A stretch of DNA of 64,000 bases from the NCBI GenBank assembly GCA_965197745.1, contig CBDANS010000007.1, positions 1,088,001 through 1,152,000 on the forward strand, in the 5' to 3' direction. This document shows positions 21,219 through 29,342 of the stretch, one piece after another. This DNA comes from Opitutales bacterium. Its GTDB lineage: Bacteria; Verrucomicrobiota; Verrucomicrobiia; Opitutales; PNEW01. The notes beneath the pieces were generated by a model. That model made no database searches, was not told the origin of the DNA, and worked only from the letters and a program-made list of their open reading frames with translations. The position numbers were made by a program, and so were the translations under genes. How positions within the stretch are numbered: position 1 is the first letter of the stretch; each line of letters begins with the position of its first letter.

Positions 21219-21992
21219 TTAACCTTTAGGACTCACCGCTTTCTTCTCCAGTACTGCCTGGTAGCGATCCGTTTTAAATACGGCCTGATTGAGAGTTTCG
21301 TTTTTGCAGGTAACCTCACCCGTTACCCAATGGGTGACGTAGGCGCGACGCCAGCGATCTGAATAATTGCGGTGTGAACTGTGCAGCGTTTGAATTTGAT
21401 GAAATACAACACCCCCTTTATGGACAGGAGCCAGTCCTTCATTCTTCATTTTAATATCCTCTTCTCTCGGTAAGAAGCTGTGCGGCTCAGCGGCTGATTT
21501 TTGGTAGTGAGGTATAATTCCTACTTTGTGTGACCCACTGATATAGCGCAGGCATCCGTTTTCTTCGTTTACATCGTCGAGCGCGATCCACGCGGTAATA
21601 ACATGATCTGCGGGAAAGCACTGGTAATGAAAGTTATCCTGGTGATAAGGTACGGGGCCTCCGTGATGAGGGGGTTTCAAGAATACCTGATCCTTTAACA
21701 ACAATGGAGTGTCACCTAAGAACTCCTCAATTACACTATTAAAACAGTCGTCTAAAACAAATTCTTGAAATGAAGGATGCTTGAAATATGGATTTGTAAT
21801 TTTACGGGGAATGACCTCCCCGCTTTCCAGTCGTTCCCCGGCTATGGCAGCTACATCGGGGCTTTTTATTTCTTCTTCAATTATCGTCGTCGCTGTCTTC
21901 GCTATACCGTCCACAACGGCATGATCAAATACCCCTTCGATCACGACCCATCCTTTTTCCAAATAGTGATCCATCTGTTCTTGAGTAACCAT
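21219..21992 (-). CDS. PhyH-family Fe(II)/2OG dioxygenase
   Basis: YHQDN, WIALDD..ENGCL..GSH, LHSS. Confidence 0.9.
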   Translation of the reverse strand: MVTQEQMDHYLEKGWVVIEGVFDHAVVDGIAKTATTIIEEEIKSPDVAAIAGERLESGEVIPRKITNPYFKHPSFQEFVLDDCFNSVIEEFLGDTPLLLKDQVFLKPPHHGGPVPYHQDNFHYQCFPADHVITAWIALDDVNEENGCLRYISGSHKVGIIPHYQKSAAEPHSFLPREEDIKMKNEGLAPVHKGGVVFHQIQTLHSSHRNYSDRWRRAYVTHWVTGEVTCKNETLNQAVFKTDRYQAVLEKKAVSPKG

Positions 21993-22097
21993 TTCTGAGC
22001 CCTTTTTCGTTTTATAAAAAATTTATCTTTTAATAGTGAGACTTCAATAATTAAAATCCAGATCGCTTTTATTCTCGGGGAAGGGGAGGAAAAGGGG

Positions 22098-22155
22098 TCA
22101 ACATTGACAACATTACCAGCATACGCAAATATACAGAACTTTAGAACCACTTGTT
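22098..22155 (+). other. Putative integron attI-like site, copy 2
   Basis: Direct repeat of 20051-20108, continuing as GTTGAGC (GTTRRRY core). Confidence 0.6.
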
Positions 22156-22293
22156 GAGCGAAGGAAGATCAGAGCTAACACACAACAGCAAAAAGGAGGA
22201 CAGATGATGCAAGATTCAAATAGCGTCGTCGAGCCGCCGCACTCCATGGAACAGCCGCTTGCCGGGCCCGATCCCCGAGAGTAAATAACCACC

Positions 22294-23511
22294 ATGAACC
22301 TGACTTTGGAGCAAGGACAATTTTACGACGAAAACTGTTATCTCGTCGTAAAGGGGGCGTTTACGGATGAAGAGTTGGAGCGCCTGGATCGTGGAGTGTA
22401 CGGGGCGGTCACATCCGGCAATTGCAGCAGCTGCGGAAAAGTCTATCCGGCGCCAGAGACTTTGTATATTGTTGAAGGACAGTACCAGGACGATCCGGAC
22501 TTGTTGTTGATTGGCGAGCATCCGGCCGTTACCGGTCCGGTCGAATCGCTTCTTGGCGGTCACGCCTGTCTATCGGCCTTCGTTTCTTACTTGAAAACGC
22601 CCGGAGCCGTCGGCACCAGTGGCGATTACCAGGGGAGTCACCCCACCGGGCACTGCGACTACAAAACCTACCAGCAGGCGGGTTCGTCGTTCAACTGGCT
22701 ATTTGCGATTATTCCGCTCACCGATCTCGATGAAGAGACCGGGTCGCTACTCGTTTCCCCCGGCTCGCACAGGGAGTCGAAGATCGTGCCGGTCACCGAC
22801 AAGGTTAGCGAGGTCCATCGCGCGCAGGCGTCCGACATCGCGCCGTTGATCGATGCGGAACTGAAGCGGGGCGACCTTTGCTTTATGCACGAGTTCACCT
22901 GGCACGAGGGCAAGGGCAACAGTTCCAATCACGACAGGTACGGGATCTACCTCAAGTACCGGGCCGTCAATGCACCGCCGGGATGCGGCCCGCAGTTGTT
23001 TCGCGAGAGAGCTTTCTCGGCGTTCAGCGAGGCGGGCAAGCGATTTGTGCCGCATCACGGGGGCCGGTCTTTTGCGGAGGCGCGGTTGATTATCGATCAT
23101 GGGGGAAATTTCCTGCTCGTGGAAGGCGATGCCAGGGATTGGAAACTGCCGGGTGTGGCTCCGCTGGAAAAGCTAGTGAAGGAGTCGGTGACGGCCGATG
23201 TAATCAGGCAGCTGGATATGTTGCTACAGAAGAAATACGGTCTCGAGATCCCGTGGATGACTTACATTGCCGATTATCGCAACGGGGACGGCGTCCGCCG
23301 GGTATATGCCTACCAGGACAGCGGAGGGGCAACGGCCGCTCGCACACCCGGGCTGGAGTTCCGGTGGTGCAGCGGTGAGGAAATTCGGGCTCTCGCCGAC
23401 AGTGGAAAACTGGAGTCCGAAGACGCGGTTGCGATTCACCGATGGGAAACCGAGGGTTGCGTGCGCGGAGTCGGCGAATCGATGGAGCGCGCGAAGAAGT
23501 TCGCTCAGTAG
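22294..23511 (+). CDS. PhyH-family dioxygenase with C-terminal NUDIX-like extension
   Basis: HCD, PGSH, WHEG in the N-terminal part; FLLV..WKLPG and FRW..EEI in the C-terminal part; GC-rich. Confidence 0.75.
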   Translation: MNLTLEQGQFYDENCYLVVKGAFTDEELERLDRGVYGAVTSGNCSSCGKVYPAPETLYIVEGQYQDDPDLLLIGEHPAVTGPVESLLGGHACLSAFVSYLKTPGAVGTSGDYQGSHPTGHCDYKTYQQAGSSFNWLFAIIPLTDLDEETGSLLVSPGSHRESKIVPVTDKVSEVHRAQASDIAPLIDAELKRGDLCFMHEFTWHEGKGNSSNHDRYGIYLKYRAVNAPPGCGPQLFRERAFSAFSEAGKRFVPHHGGRSFAEARLIIDHGGNFLLVEGDARDWKLPGVAPLEKLVKESVTADVIRQLDMLLQKKYGLEIPWMTYIADYRNGDGVRRVYAYQDSGGATAARTPGLEFRWCSGEEIRALADSGKLESEDAVAIHRWETEGCVRGVGESMERAKKFAQ

Positions 23512-23541
23512 CAACAGCCAACGGCGAAATCTATGCTATCG

Positions 23542-23696
23542 GGGGAGGTAGAGGAGATTACCCTCGCCTTATCCAATGATATAGAAGGTGAAGTAACCTG
23601 TCACTATATCCAGGAGACGATCATTGGTAAACAACCGCTTAAAGTAACCCGTATAGGATTCGGTTTGCCCAGCGGTGGGGGCATTGTCTATGCCGA
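23542..23696 (+). pseudogene. recR: Internal recR fragment (diverged second copy)
   Basis: 141/155 nt identical to 6168-6322. Confidence 0.9.
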
Positions 23697-23724
23697 CCCG
23701 AAACCCGCATAGGTAAAGGGGAAA

Positions 23725-23770
23725 TTCTGCGTCCCGAACGCAGCGCTTTACCGGGCTGAGCTACACCTCG
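23725..23770 (-). pseudogene. Truncated tRNA-Pro(CGG): 5' acceptor strand, D arm and anticodon arm only
   Basis: CGAGGTGTAGCTCAGCCCGGTAAAGCGCTGCG-TTCGGGA-CGCAG followed by non-tRNA sequence; TTGACA about 40 nt upstream. Confidence 0.8.
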
Positions 23771-23935
23771 CTTAATACAGGGTAATACTTATATTACTTT
23801 TTAAAGTGTCAACGAAAGTAAATATTTACGGGGTGCTCGTATAATTCATTGATTGCCATTTACCATAGCGACCATGATCAGCCTTCGTCCCGCGGTAGTT
23901 TGACTAATGTAAGGCAGGGTATAGATTTATCCCTA

Positions 23936-24074
23936 TGTCATTGCGAGGATCCCGCAGCTGCGGGAGACGCGGCTACCGATGGCAAAGTCCGACATCTTCC
24001 ATTCCAGGCGAATGAATGTACGCAACCGACATCCCCCTGGATCGCCACGGCTGACAAGCAGCCTCGCGATGACA
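23936..24074. repeat. Palindromic element TGTCATTGCGAGG...CCTCGCGATGACA (RPE-like); second copy at 63680-63924
   Basis: Terminal inverted repeats seen in both copies. Confidence 0.7.
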
Positions 24075-24170
24075 AATAGGATGCAAACTAGATCTGCTTT
24101 AATTTCGCTACAGTAGGACTACGGCTGTCAGGTAGTCTGCTCCACCTAATGTTAATTAATAATGTAAAGA

Positions 24171-24250
24171 GGTGGAACGCGGTGTCCCTACCGCGTTATA
24201 TATTTAAATTGTAGTGATAAAATAAGTGTGCTGGGACAGCCCGCTCCACC
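24171..24250. repeat. Inverted pair of REP-like units GGTGGAACGCG(C/G)TGTCCCTA(G/C)CGCGTT; further copies at 30761-30787 and 54379-54405
   Basis: Direct comparison of copies. Confidence 0.7.
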
Positions 24251-24308
24251 TCACTTAATTGCGTAACACTTTAAACTTAATACTTAAAACTGATCGATAG
24301 ATCACACA

Positions 24309-26285
24309 TCACTCGATCGTGATCTCATCAATAGCCACGGTAATCTCGTCACCGTCCTCGTTGGCGAAAGTGGCGTCGATACTCTGTGTCGGCTGAGGTG
24401 TTTCGTCGGACTTGAAGTTGTTCTGGGTGATCAGGGTGTCAAACCCGGTCGTTGTTGAACCACTCTCCGCGACCACGACCGCGACGCCGTTTGTCTGCAA
24501 GAGGTCGCCACCGGTGATCCGCAACCCAGGGTTGCCCGCCGGTATCGTGAAGGACCCATCAGCGAATAAGATGTGGGGCACCGCATCGCCATCAGCATCA
24601 ATGTCGCCGATGGTTAAGCGTACCGCGATCGGTACGCCCCGTGCATCGAAGCCCACCTTGCCCGTGCTTCCACTGAACACGGCATTCGATAACTGTACCC
24701 CTCCCAGTCCCGTGGAGTTGACTACTTCCACGAGGGCCACATCGGCCTGGGCGTCATAAACCTGTCCTTCGGGGAACAGCGCCTGGTTAAAGGCGTTGAT
24801 CCTGCCCACCGTGAAGATGCTGAAAAAGGTGTTGGCGTCCGCTCCGTCGATGACTACGCTCGGCTTACCCGTCACATACTCAACCTGCTGGTTGTAGCGT
24901 GGGGGAATGGCCGGGGGCAGGAAGGTGGCCGGGTCGAGGGTTACGGTAAAGGTACCGTTGCCTGAGAATTCTACCTGTACAATGTCCTCGTTTTCATCCA
25001 TGAAGGAAACGCGGGTGATCTGTCCCGTTTTGACCTGCAGTTGGACGGACTCACCGGTGAGTAAAATCTGGTCGAAGACATTACCGTTGGCATGCTGGAT
25101 ATCTTCTCCGGCAATATCACCTGAGCCGTCGAGGACGAGGGGCACGGAGGGAGCGGCCACGGTGATGACCGCGGTATCGCTGTCGGGTGCGCCGATAGGG
25201 GTAAACCCAAAATCATCGATAGAAATAAGTTGAAAACTGCCGCTCGTATCGGTTTCTGCACTATTAGTATAAGTAACTTTACCAATTCCACCTGGGGCCC
25301 CTAATTCAGCGGCATTGAAATCAAAAAAAGTGAAAGGGACAATAGATGCAATATTGATACTTTGCGGGATTTCATCTGTCGAGGTAAGCAAAATGTCTTC
25401 GGTGTCAAAAACATTGATCTCTCCGTCACCCGAAATAAAGGAGGCGGCGTAAAACTGAACTTGAGCAGCCGGTGTTTCAAAGGTGATCGTCCCTGTCGTG
25501 TCGTTGAGTACCGCCCAGACTGCCCGACCGTCATTTCTAGAGAAATCAATGGGTAAAGAGTGATTGAATGCTGGTATATCAAAAACAACTTGCGCTATCC
25601 CGCCCGTAAAAGTGACAGTAGCGGGAGACTGACCGAGGGTAAAATTAACTCGGGCGGTGAAGTCACTCAGGACAGGATGAATGTTTAATCCCTCAAAATC
25701 TTCGAAAAGAGTATTGTTCGGCGGTCCTACCACATAAGTGAATCCAAGATCATCGAGGGAAAATTGCCCCGTTACGTTAGTGACCTTTAGTTCTATAACG
25801 CCGTTCACAAAATTGAGATCCGAAGTGTCCTGGGCATCTCCACTAAAGGCGGTGAAACTTTGAAATGCGGGACTAACGTCAGGGTTAATATTAGTCGGTA
25901 GTCCCTCAGCTATACCTTGCTCGGTTATAACTTGAAGACCCCTTTCTCTTAACTCGATCCTTCCCGCGCCATCTGTTTCAGCCGCATAGAACTGGAGGTG
26001 ATTGACCCCTCGTTCAAAAATAATTTTTCCCTCCTGTGCGCCTGGGACAAGGACCAATGCCTGGGTACCCGAATGGGCGAGATTCGGGTTGTCTACGGTT
26101 TCCAGGGTAAAGTTAATTACCCGGATAGTGAAGGGGGATTCGCCAATGACAAATTCAGTTCCCTCCACGGTTACTCCTTCAAAATCGATGAAGGTTTCAA
26201 GGTCTTGGGGTAGGGCATAGAGACACACCGGTAAATAGAGCAAAAGAATCAGAAGCGGAATTATTTTTATGGGTTTTATTTTCAT
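24309..26285 (-). CDS. Secreted acidic beta-rich protein with two internally repeated domains and a conserved C-terminal module
   Basis: Signal peptide; repeated (I/E)DFEG..F.(I/L)G.SP / (L/I)DD(L/F)GFT motifs; paralogous tail at 11909. Confidence 0.7.
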   Translation of the reverse strand: MKIKPIKIIPLLILLLYLPVCLYALPQDLETFIDFEGVTVEGTEFVIGESPFTIRVINFTLETVDNPNLAHSGTQALVLVPGAQEGKIIFERGVNHLQFYAAETDGAGRIELRERGLQVITEQGIAEGLPTNINPDVSPAFQSFTAFSGDAQDTSDLNFVNGVIELKVTNVTGQFSLDDLGFTYVVGPPNNTLFEDFEGLNIHPVLSDFTARVNFTLGQSPATVTFTGGIAQVVFDIPAFNHSLPIDFSRNDGRAVWAVLNDTTGTITFETPAAQVQFYAASFISGDGEINVFDTEDILLTSTDEIPQSINIASIVPFTFFDFNAAELGAPGGIGKVTYTNSAETDTSGSFQLISIDDFGFTPIGAPDSDTAVITVAAPSVPLVLDGSGDIAGEDIQHANGNVFDQILLTGESVQLQVKTGQITRVSFMDENEDIVQVEFSGNGTFTVTLDPATFLPPAIPPRYNQQVEYVTGKPSVVIDGADANTFFSIFTVGRINAFNQALFPEGQVYDAQADVALVEVVNSTGLGGVQLSNAVFSGSTGKVGFDARGVPIAVRLTIGDIDADGDAVPHILFADGSFTIPAGNPGLRITGGDLLQTNGVAVVVAESGSTTTGFDTLITQNNFKSDETPQPTQSIDATFANEDGDEITVAIDEITIE

Positions 26286-26458
26286 GCTGTTATAACGATT
26301 AAATCGAGGCCAGAGATGTGGCGAGGAAATTGCGCTTTCGGAAAACTCGATGGCCTTTCTTGAAGCAGTTAAACTTTACTTTTCCTCTCGATTGCCACAA
26401 TAATTGTAATAGTATGCAACAGTTTTTTAGCCGGTTAGAAAAATCCATTATGGAGTGA

Positions 26459-27274
26459 TTGATTATGACGCCTGAAGAAAGATATTTATTCGACCTCCAA
26501 GGTTACCTTTTCATCCCACAGGCGATACCGAGTGATTTGGTGCAGCGAATGAATGATGAAATTGACAAGCTGGAATCTCTTAATGATGAGGAGGCAGCCG
26601 ATCTGGGAATAAGTCGGAAGTATCACGATGATCTCAAGTCCGGATGGAATGAGATATCAAAAAAGAATCAATCACGCGATTACGATTGCAATTTATTGCG
26701 CTGGGGAGGTCCTTTTGAGGAGATAATCGATTGTCCTCGGACTCTTCCCTACATCGACGCGATGATTAATGAGCCTCTGCGCCTCGATGGATATATGTTT
26801 ATGACACGCAATCAGGGGCACTGCACCAAATTACATCACGGTTATGCTGAGCTTTTATCTTACAGTGAATATGCCATTGATGAAGGGCAGTTTAAATGTG
26901 TGAGTGTAAAAATTTCCTACGCACTCAGGGATGTTTCTACCGAGGAGGGTTCATTCGCCGTTATTCCGGGAAGTCACAAAAGCAATTTTAAAAATCCATT
27001 TGAAAGAGAGATACCCGATGAAAATCACCCTTTAATTGTAGCCTGTCCCTGCAAAGCGGGTGATGCGGTCATTTTCTCTGAAGATCTCACTCATGGATCA
27101 TTAGTCAATAAAAGCAATAGGGCTCGCCGCACCCTCTTCATCTCTTACGCCCCGGCATTTCAAAGCCCCTGGGGTAAACTGGTGGATACCGCGGACGGTT
27201 TCGAAGATAGAGCTACTCCCAAGCGATTGGAATTGATTAAAGGCCCTGCACCATTTGCCATCGCGGGGACTTAA
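26459..27274 (+). CDS. PhyH-family Fe/2OG enzyme with HxG motif
   Basis: EERYLFDLQGYL, LHHG, IPGSHKSNF, LTHGS. Confidence 0.82.
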   Translation: MIMTPEERYLFDLQGYLFIPQAIPSDLVQRMNDEIDKLESLNDEEAADLGISRKYHDDLKSGWNEISKKNQSRDYDCNLLRWGGPFEEIIDCPRTLPYIDAMINEPLRLDGYMFMTRNQGHCTKLHHGYAELLSYSEYAIDEGQFKCVSVKISYALRDVSTEEGSFAVIPGSHKSNFKNPFEREIPDENHPLIVACPCKAGDAVIFSEDLTHGSLVNKSNRARRTLFISYAPAFQSPWGKLVDTADGFEDRATPKRLELIKGPAPFAIAGT

Positions 27275-27500
27275 CCGACGACCTGCAGAACTACCCAACT
27301 GCCAATAAGGTAGATTACTATCACCTGCCAATGTGAACGTCGATGGATCTCGTGGATAAGCTGGGTTAATCTGGGCATGGTAAATGCAGCAAAAGATGGC
27401 GAATGCTTGGGAGGAACCAGGTCGTTAGGCTGAAACCATTAGCTTAAACTGTAAAGGATGAAGCAATCGACTGAGTAAGGGGGGCATTTTGACCCAATCG
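27271..27500 (-). pseudogene. Third, truncated copy of the TM-TPR gene (35 codons) plus its conserved upstream region
   Basis: [35 protein letters not shown] from ATG 27378; upstream matches 9964-10085 and 18418-18540; ends in a repeat remnant ttttcaagcc. Confidence 0.85.
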
Positions 27501-27560
27501 TTTTCAAGCCGTAGTAAGAGGAAACTCTATGGGGTCGGGGTGTAGTCTTAACTTTTATTA

Positions 27561-28400
27561 TTAATTATTCATCGCTTCGATAAAGCCCCAATCATCTAAC
27601 CATTTTATCCAGCGTGCTCGCTTCTCACTGCCATCGGGATTTTCCAACCACCACGGATGATAGTATGGCGAATCGTGCAAATCCATTCTCGAACTGATGG
27701 ATTTGGCATTTTCCGCCAGCGCGCGCAGTTCCTCTTCTTCTTGAGCCGTCTTTGGATTGCTGTAAAAAGCTAGTGAACAGTTCCTGCGGTCTTCATAACC
27801 CCCAAAAGCCGCGTGCCATAATCTCTGGTTAAAAGTGATGACATCACCCGGCTGCGAACAGAATATATAAGCGGGGATATCTTCACCACGCATGCCCGAC
27901 TCATTTCGAAATGTTTCTTCGTTATCATCAGATATACTCAACCCTATGCGAATCAGTTCATCGAATAAGGGACTAATATGCGAACCCGGAATTAAACGCA
28001 ATGATCCGTGGTCACCGGAGGTGGGTTGCAGATAGGTGAGGTTTTTGAGACCGCGAATATGCCGCTGTATCATATCCGGGTGCCAGAGGGTGTCATGTCT
28101 ATAGCTGTGGGCATTGGAATACACGGGGACCGTGTCTTCTCCTTGTAATTGCTCCGTTGGCACACAAATGCGCGGATCTTCCAAAAGACCCGCCATTAAT
28201 GGTGTTTCTGGAATGAGGTTAGACCAATTAGGCCATTTACGGGTACGGAGATCTATCTTTTTATCAAAATCATCTTTAATCGTGTCGAGATGCTGATCGA
28301 ACTCCTTGTTGATCCGGTCAATTTCCTCGCGGCTGAAGACCCGGCGACGGATAAGAAAACCGAAGATTTCAAAATGCTGGATCTCTTGTTCGGTGAGCAT
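27561..28400 (-). CDS. PhyH-family Fe(II)/2OG dioxygenase
   Basis: MLTEQEIQHFEIFGFL, WHPD, IPGSH, WHAAFGG. Confidence 0.88.
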   Translation of the reverse strand: MLTEQEIQHFEIFGFLIRRRVFSREEIDRINKEFDQHLDTIKDDFDKKIDLRTRKWPNWSNLIPETPLMAGLLEDPRICVPTEQLQGEDTVPVYSNAHSYRHDTLWHPDMIQRHIRGLKNLTYLQPTSGDHGSLRLIPGSHISPLFDELIRIGLSISDDNEETFRNESGMRGEDIPAYIFCSQPGDVITFNQRLWHAAFGGYEDRRNCSLAFYSNPKTAQEEEELRALAENAKSISSRMDLHDSPYYHPWWLENPDGSEKRARWIKWLDDWGFIEAMNN

Positions 28401-28494
28401 GACTTTCCTAAGGGGTTGAATTTATTTATGAGGCAAAATAGAACTTGAAACAACTTTATTTGCGTTTCCAACTAACCAGCGCTGACTCATAATT

Positions 28495-28580
28495 ACTCTC
28501 AGGCACAGCGCAGTGCTGACGAGTGCTGTGGAGGCGTGAGAGGGTTTTTAGAAGTGAGGGTATACAAATTAGATACCCCT
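28495..28580 (+). repeat. Island repeat (long form)
   Basis: ctctcaggcacagcgcagtgctgacgagtgctgtggaggcgtgagagggttttt..gagggtatacaaattagatacccct. Confidence 0.88.
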
Positions 28581-28715
28581 TGCGTAAAAAAGAAGATATA
28601 GAATATTTAGCGGTTACTCTTATAATACCTGGCGTGATAGAAGATCAACTCTGAGCTAGAGAAAAGCATAGTAAGAAACCAATTAATGAGTCACTAAATA
28701 TAAGGAAAAATACCA

Positions 28716-29126
28716 ATGTCTATACGTGTGTTTGGATGTAATCATATCGTTCTCGAAGTCGGTGATCTCGATAAAGCAATCGAATTTTACACTGACGTTT
28801 TTAATCTTGAGCCAAAAAATGAAGGTGAAGGTGATGCTTTTTTCCAACTTGGCAATCATCAGTTCTTAGCACTATTTCATTCTGATGATCCTCACGTTGA
28901 CAAGCATAGACATTTCGGCCTCATGGTTCGAGATGACGCACAAGTTTCAGAAATTCGTGAGAAGATTAGTAAGAAATATGGATTAAAGACGATTCCGCCG
29001 TTTCGGTGTGATTTCCGAGACCCTTGGGGAAACCGGATTCAAGTGGTTGACATGCATGATGAATCGACTGCTTGGCTACAGCCATACGAAGAGGTTCAGA
29101 AGGTCGGCGCAAAACTGCCAGAATAA
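28716..29126 (+). CDS. VOC/glyoxalase-family protein
   Basis: NHIVLEVGDL..FY, HFGL, DPWGNRIQV. Confidence 0.85.
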   Translation: MSIRVFGCNHIVLEVGDLDKAIEFYTDVFNLEPKNEGEGDAFFQLGNHQFLALFHSDDPHVDKHRHFGLMVRDDAQVSEIREKISKKYGLKTIPPFRCDFRDPWGNRIQVVDMHDESTAWLQPYEEVQKVGAKLPE

Positions 29127-29213
29127 TTTCATGCTATCCTACAGCTTAGTGCGAGGGCATGCTGTAGCTATGTGAGAGGGTATATTTTGACTGGGGTATA
29201 CCTGGATACCCCT
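29127..29213 (+). repeat. Island repeat (long form, last copy seen)
   Basis: tacagc..gctgta stem, gtgagaggg..ttttgactggggtatacctggatacccct. Confidence 0.82.
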
Positions 29214-29342
29214 TGAAGGGTTACTCAAACAGCACTTCTTCCACAGTGACAGAGATTCCCTGACCAAACTCGTTTATGAAAGTAGCATCGATGCTCTGTG
29301 TTGGCTGAGGACTGATCAGGTGGATAATGTTCTGAAACACAA

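Noticed and set aside
6757..29213. Island repeats as a CRISPR array
   Set aside because: The intervals are gene-sized and irregular, the repeats are degenerate, and no cas genes are present
6757..29213. Island repeats as classical attC sites
   Set aside because: No consistent RYYYAAC/GTTRRRY ends, two separate hairpins rather than one, and enclosed genes lie in both orientations
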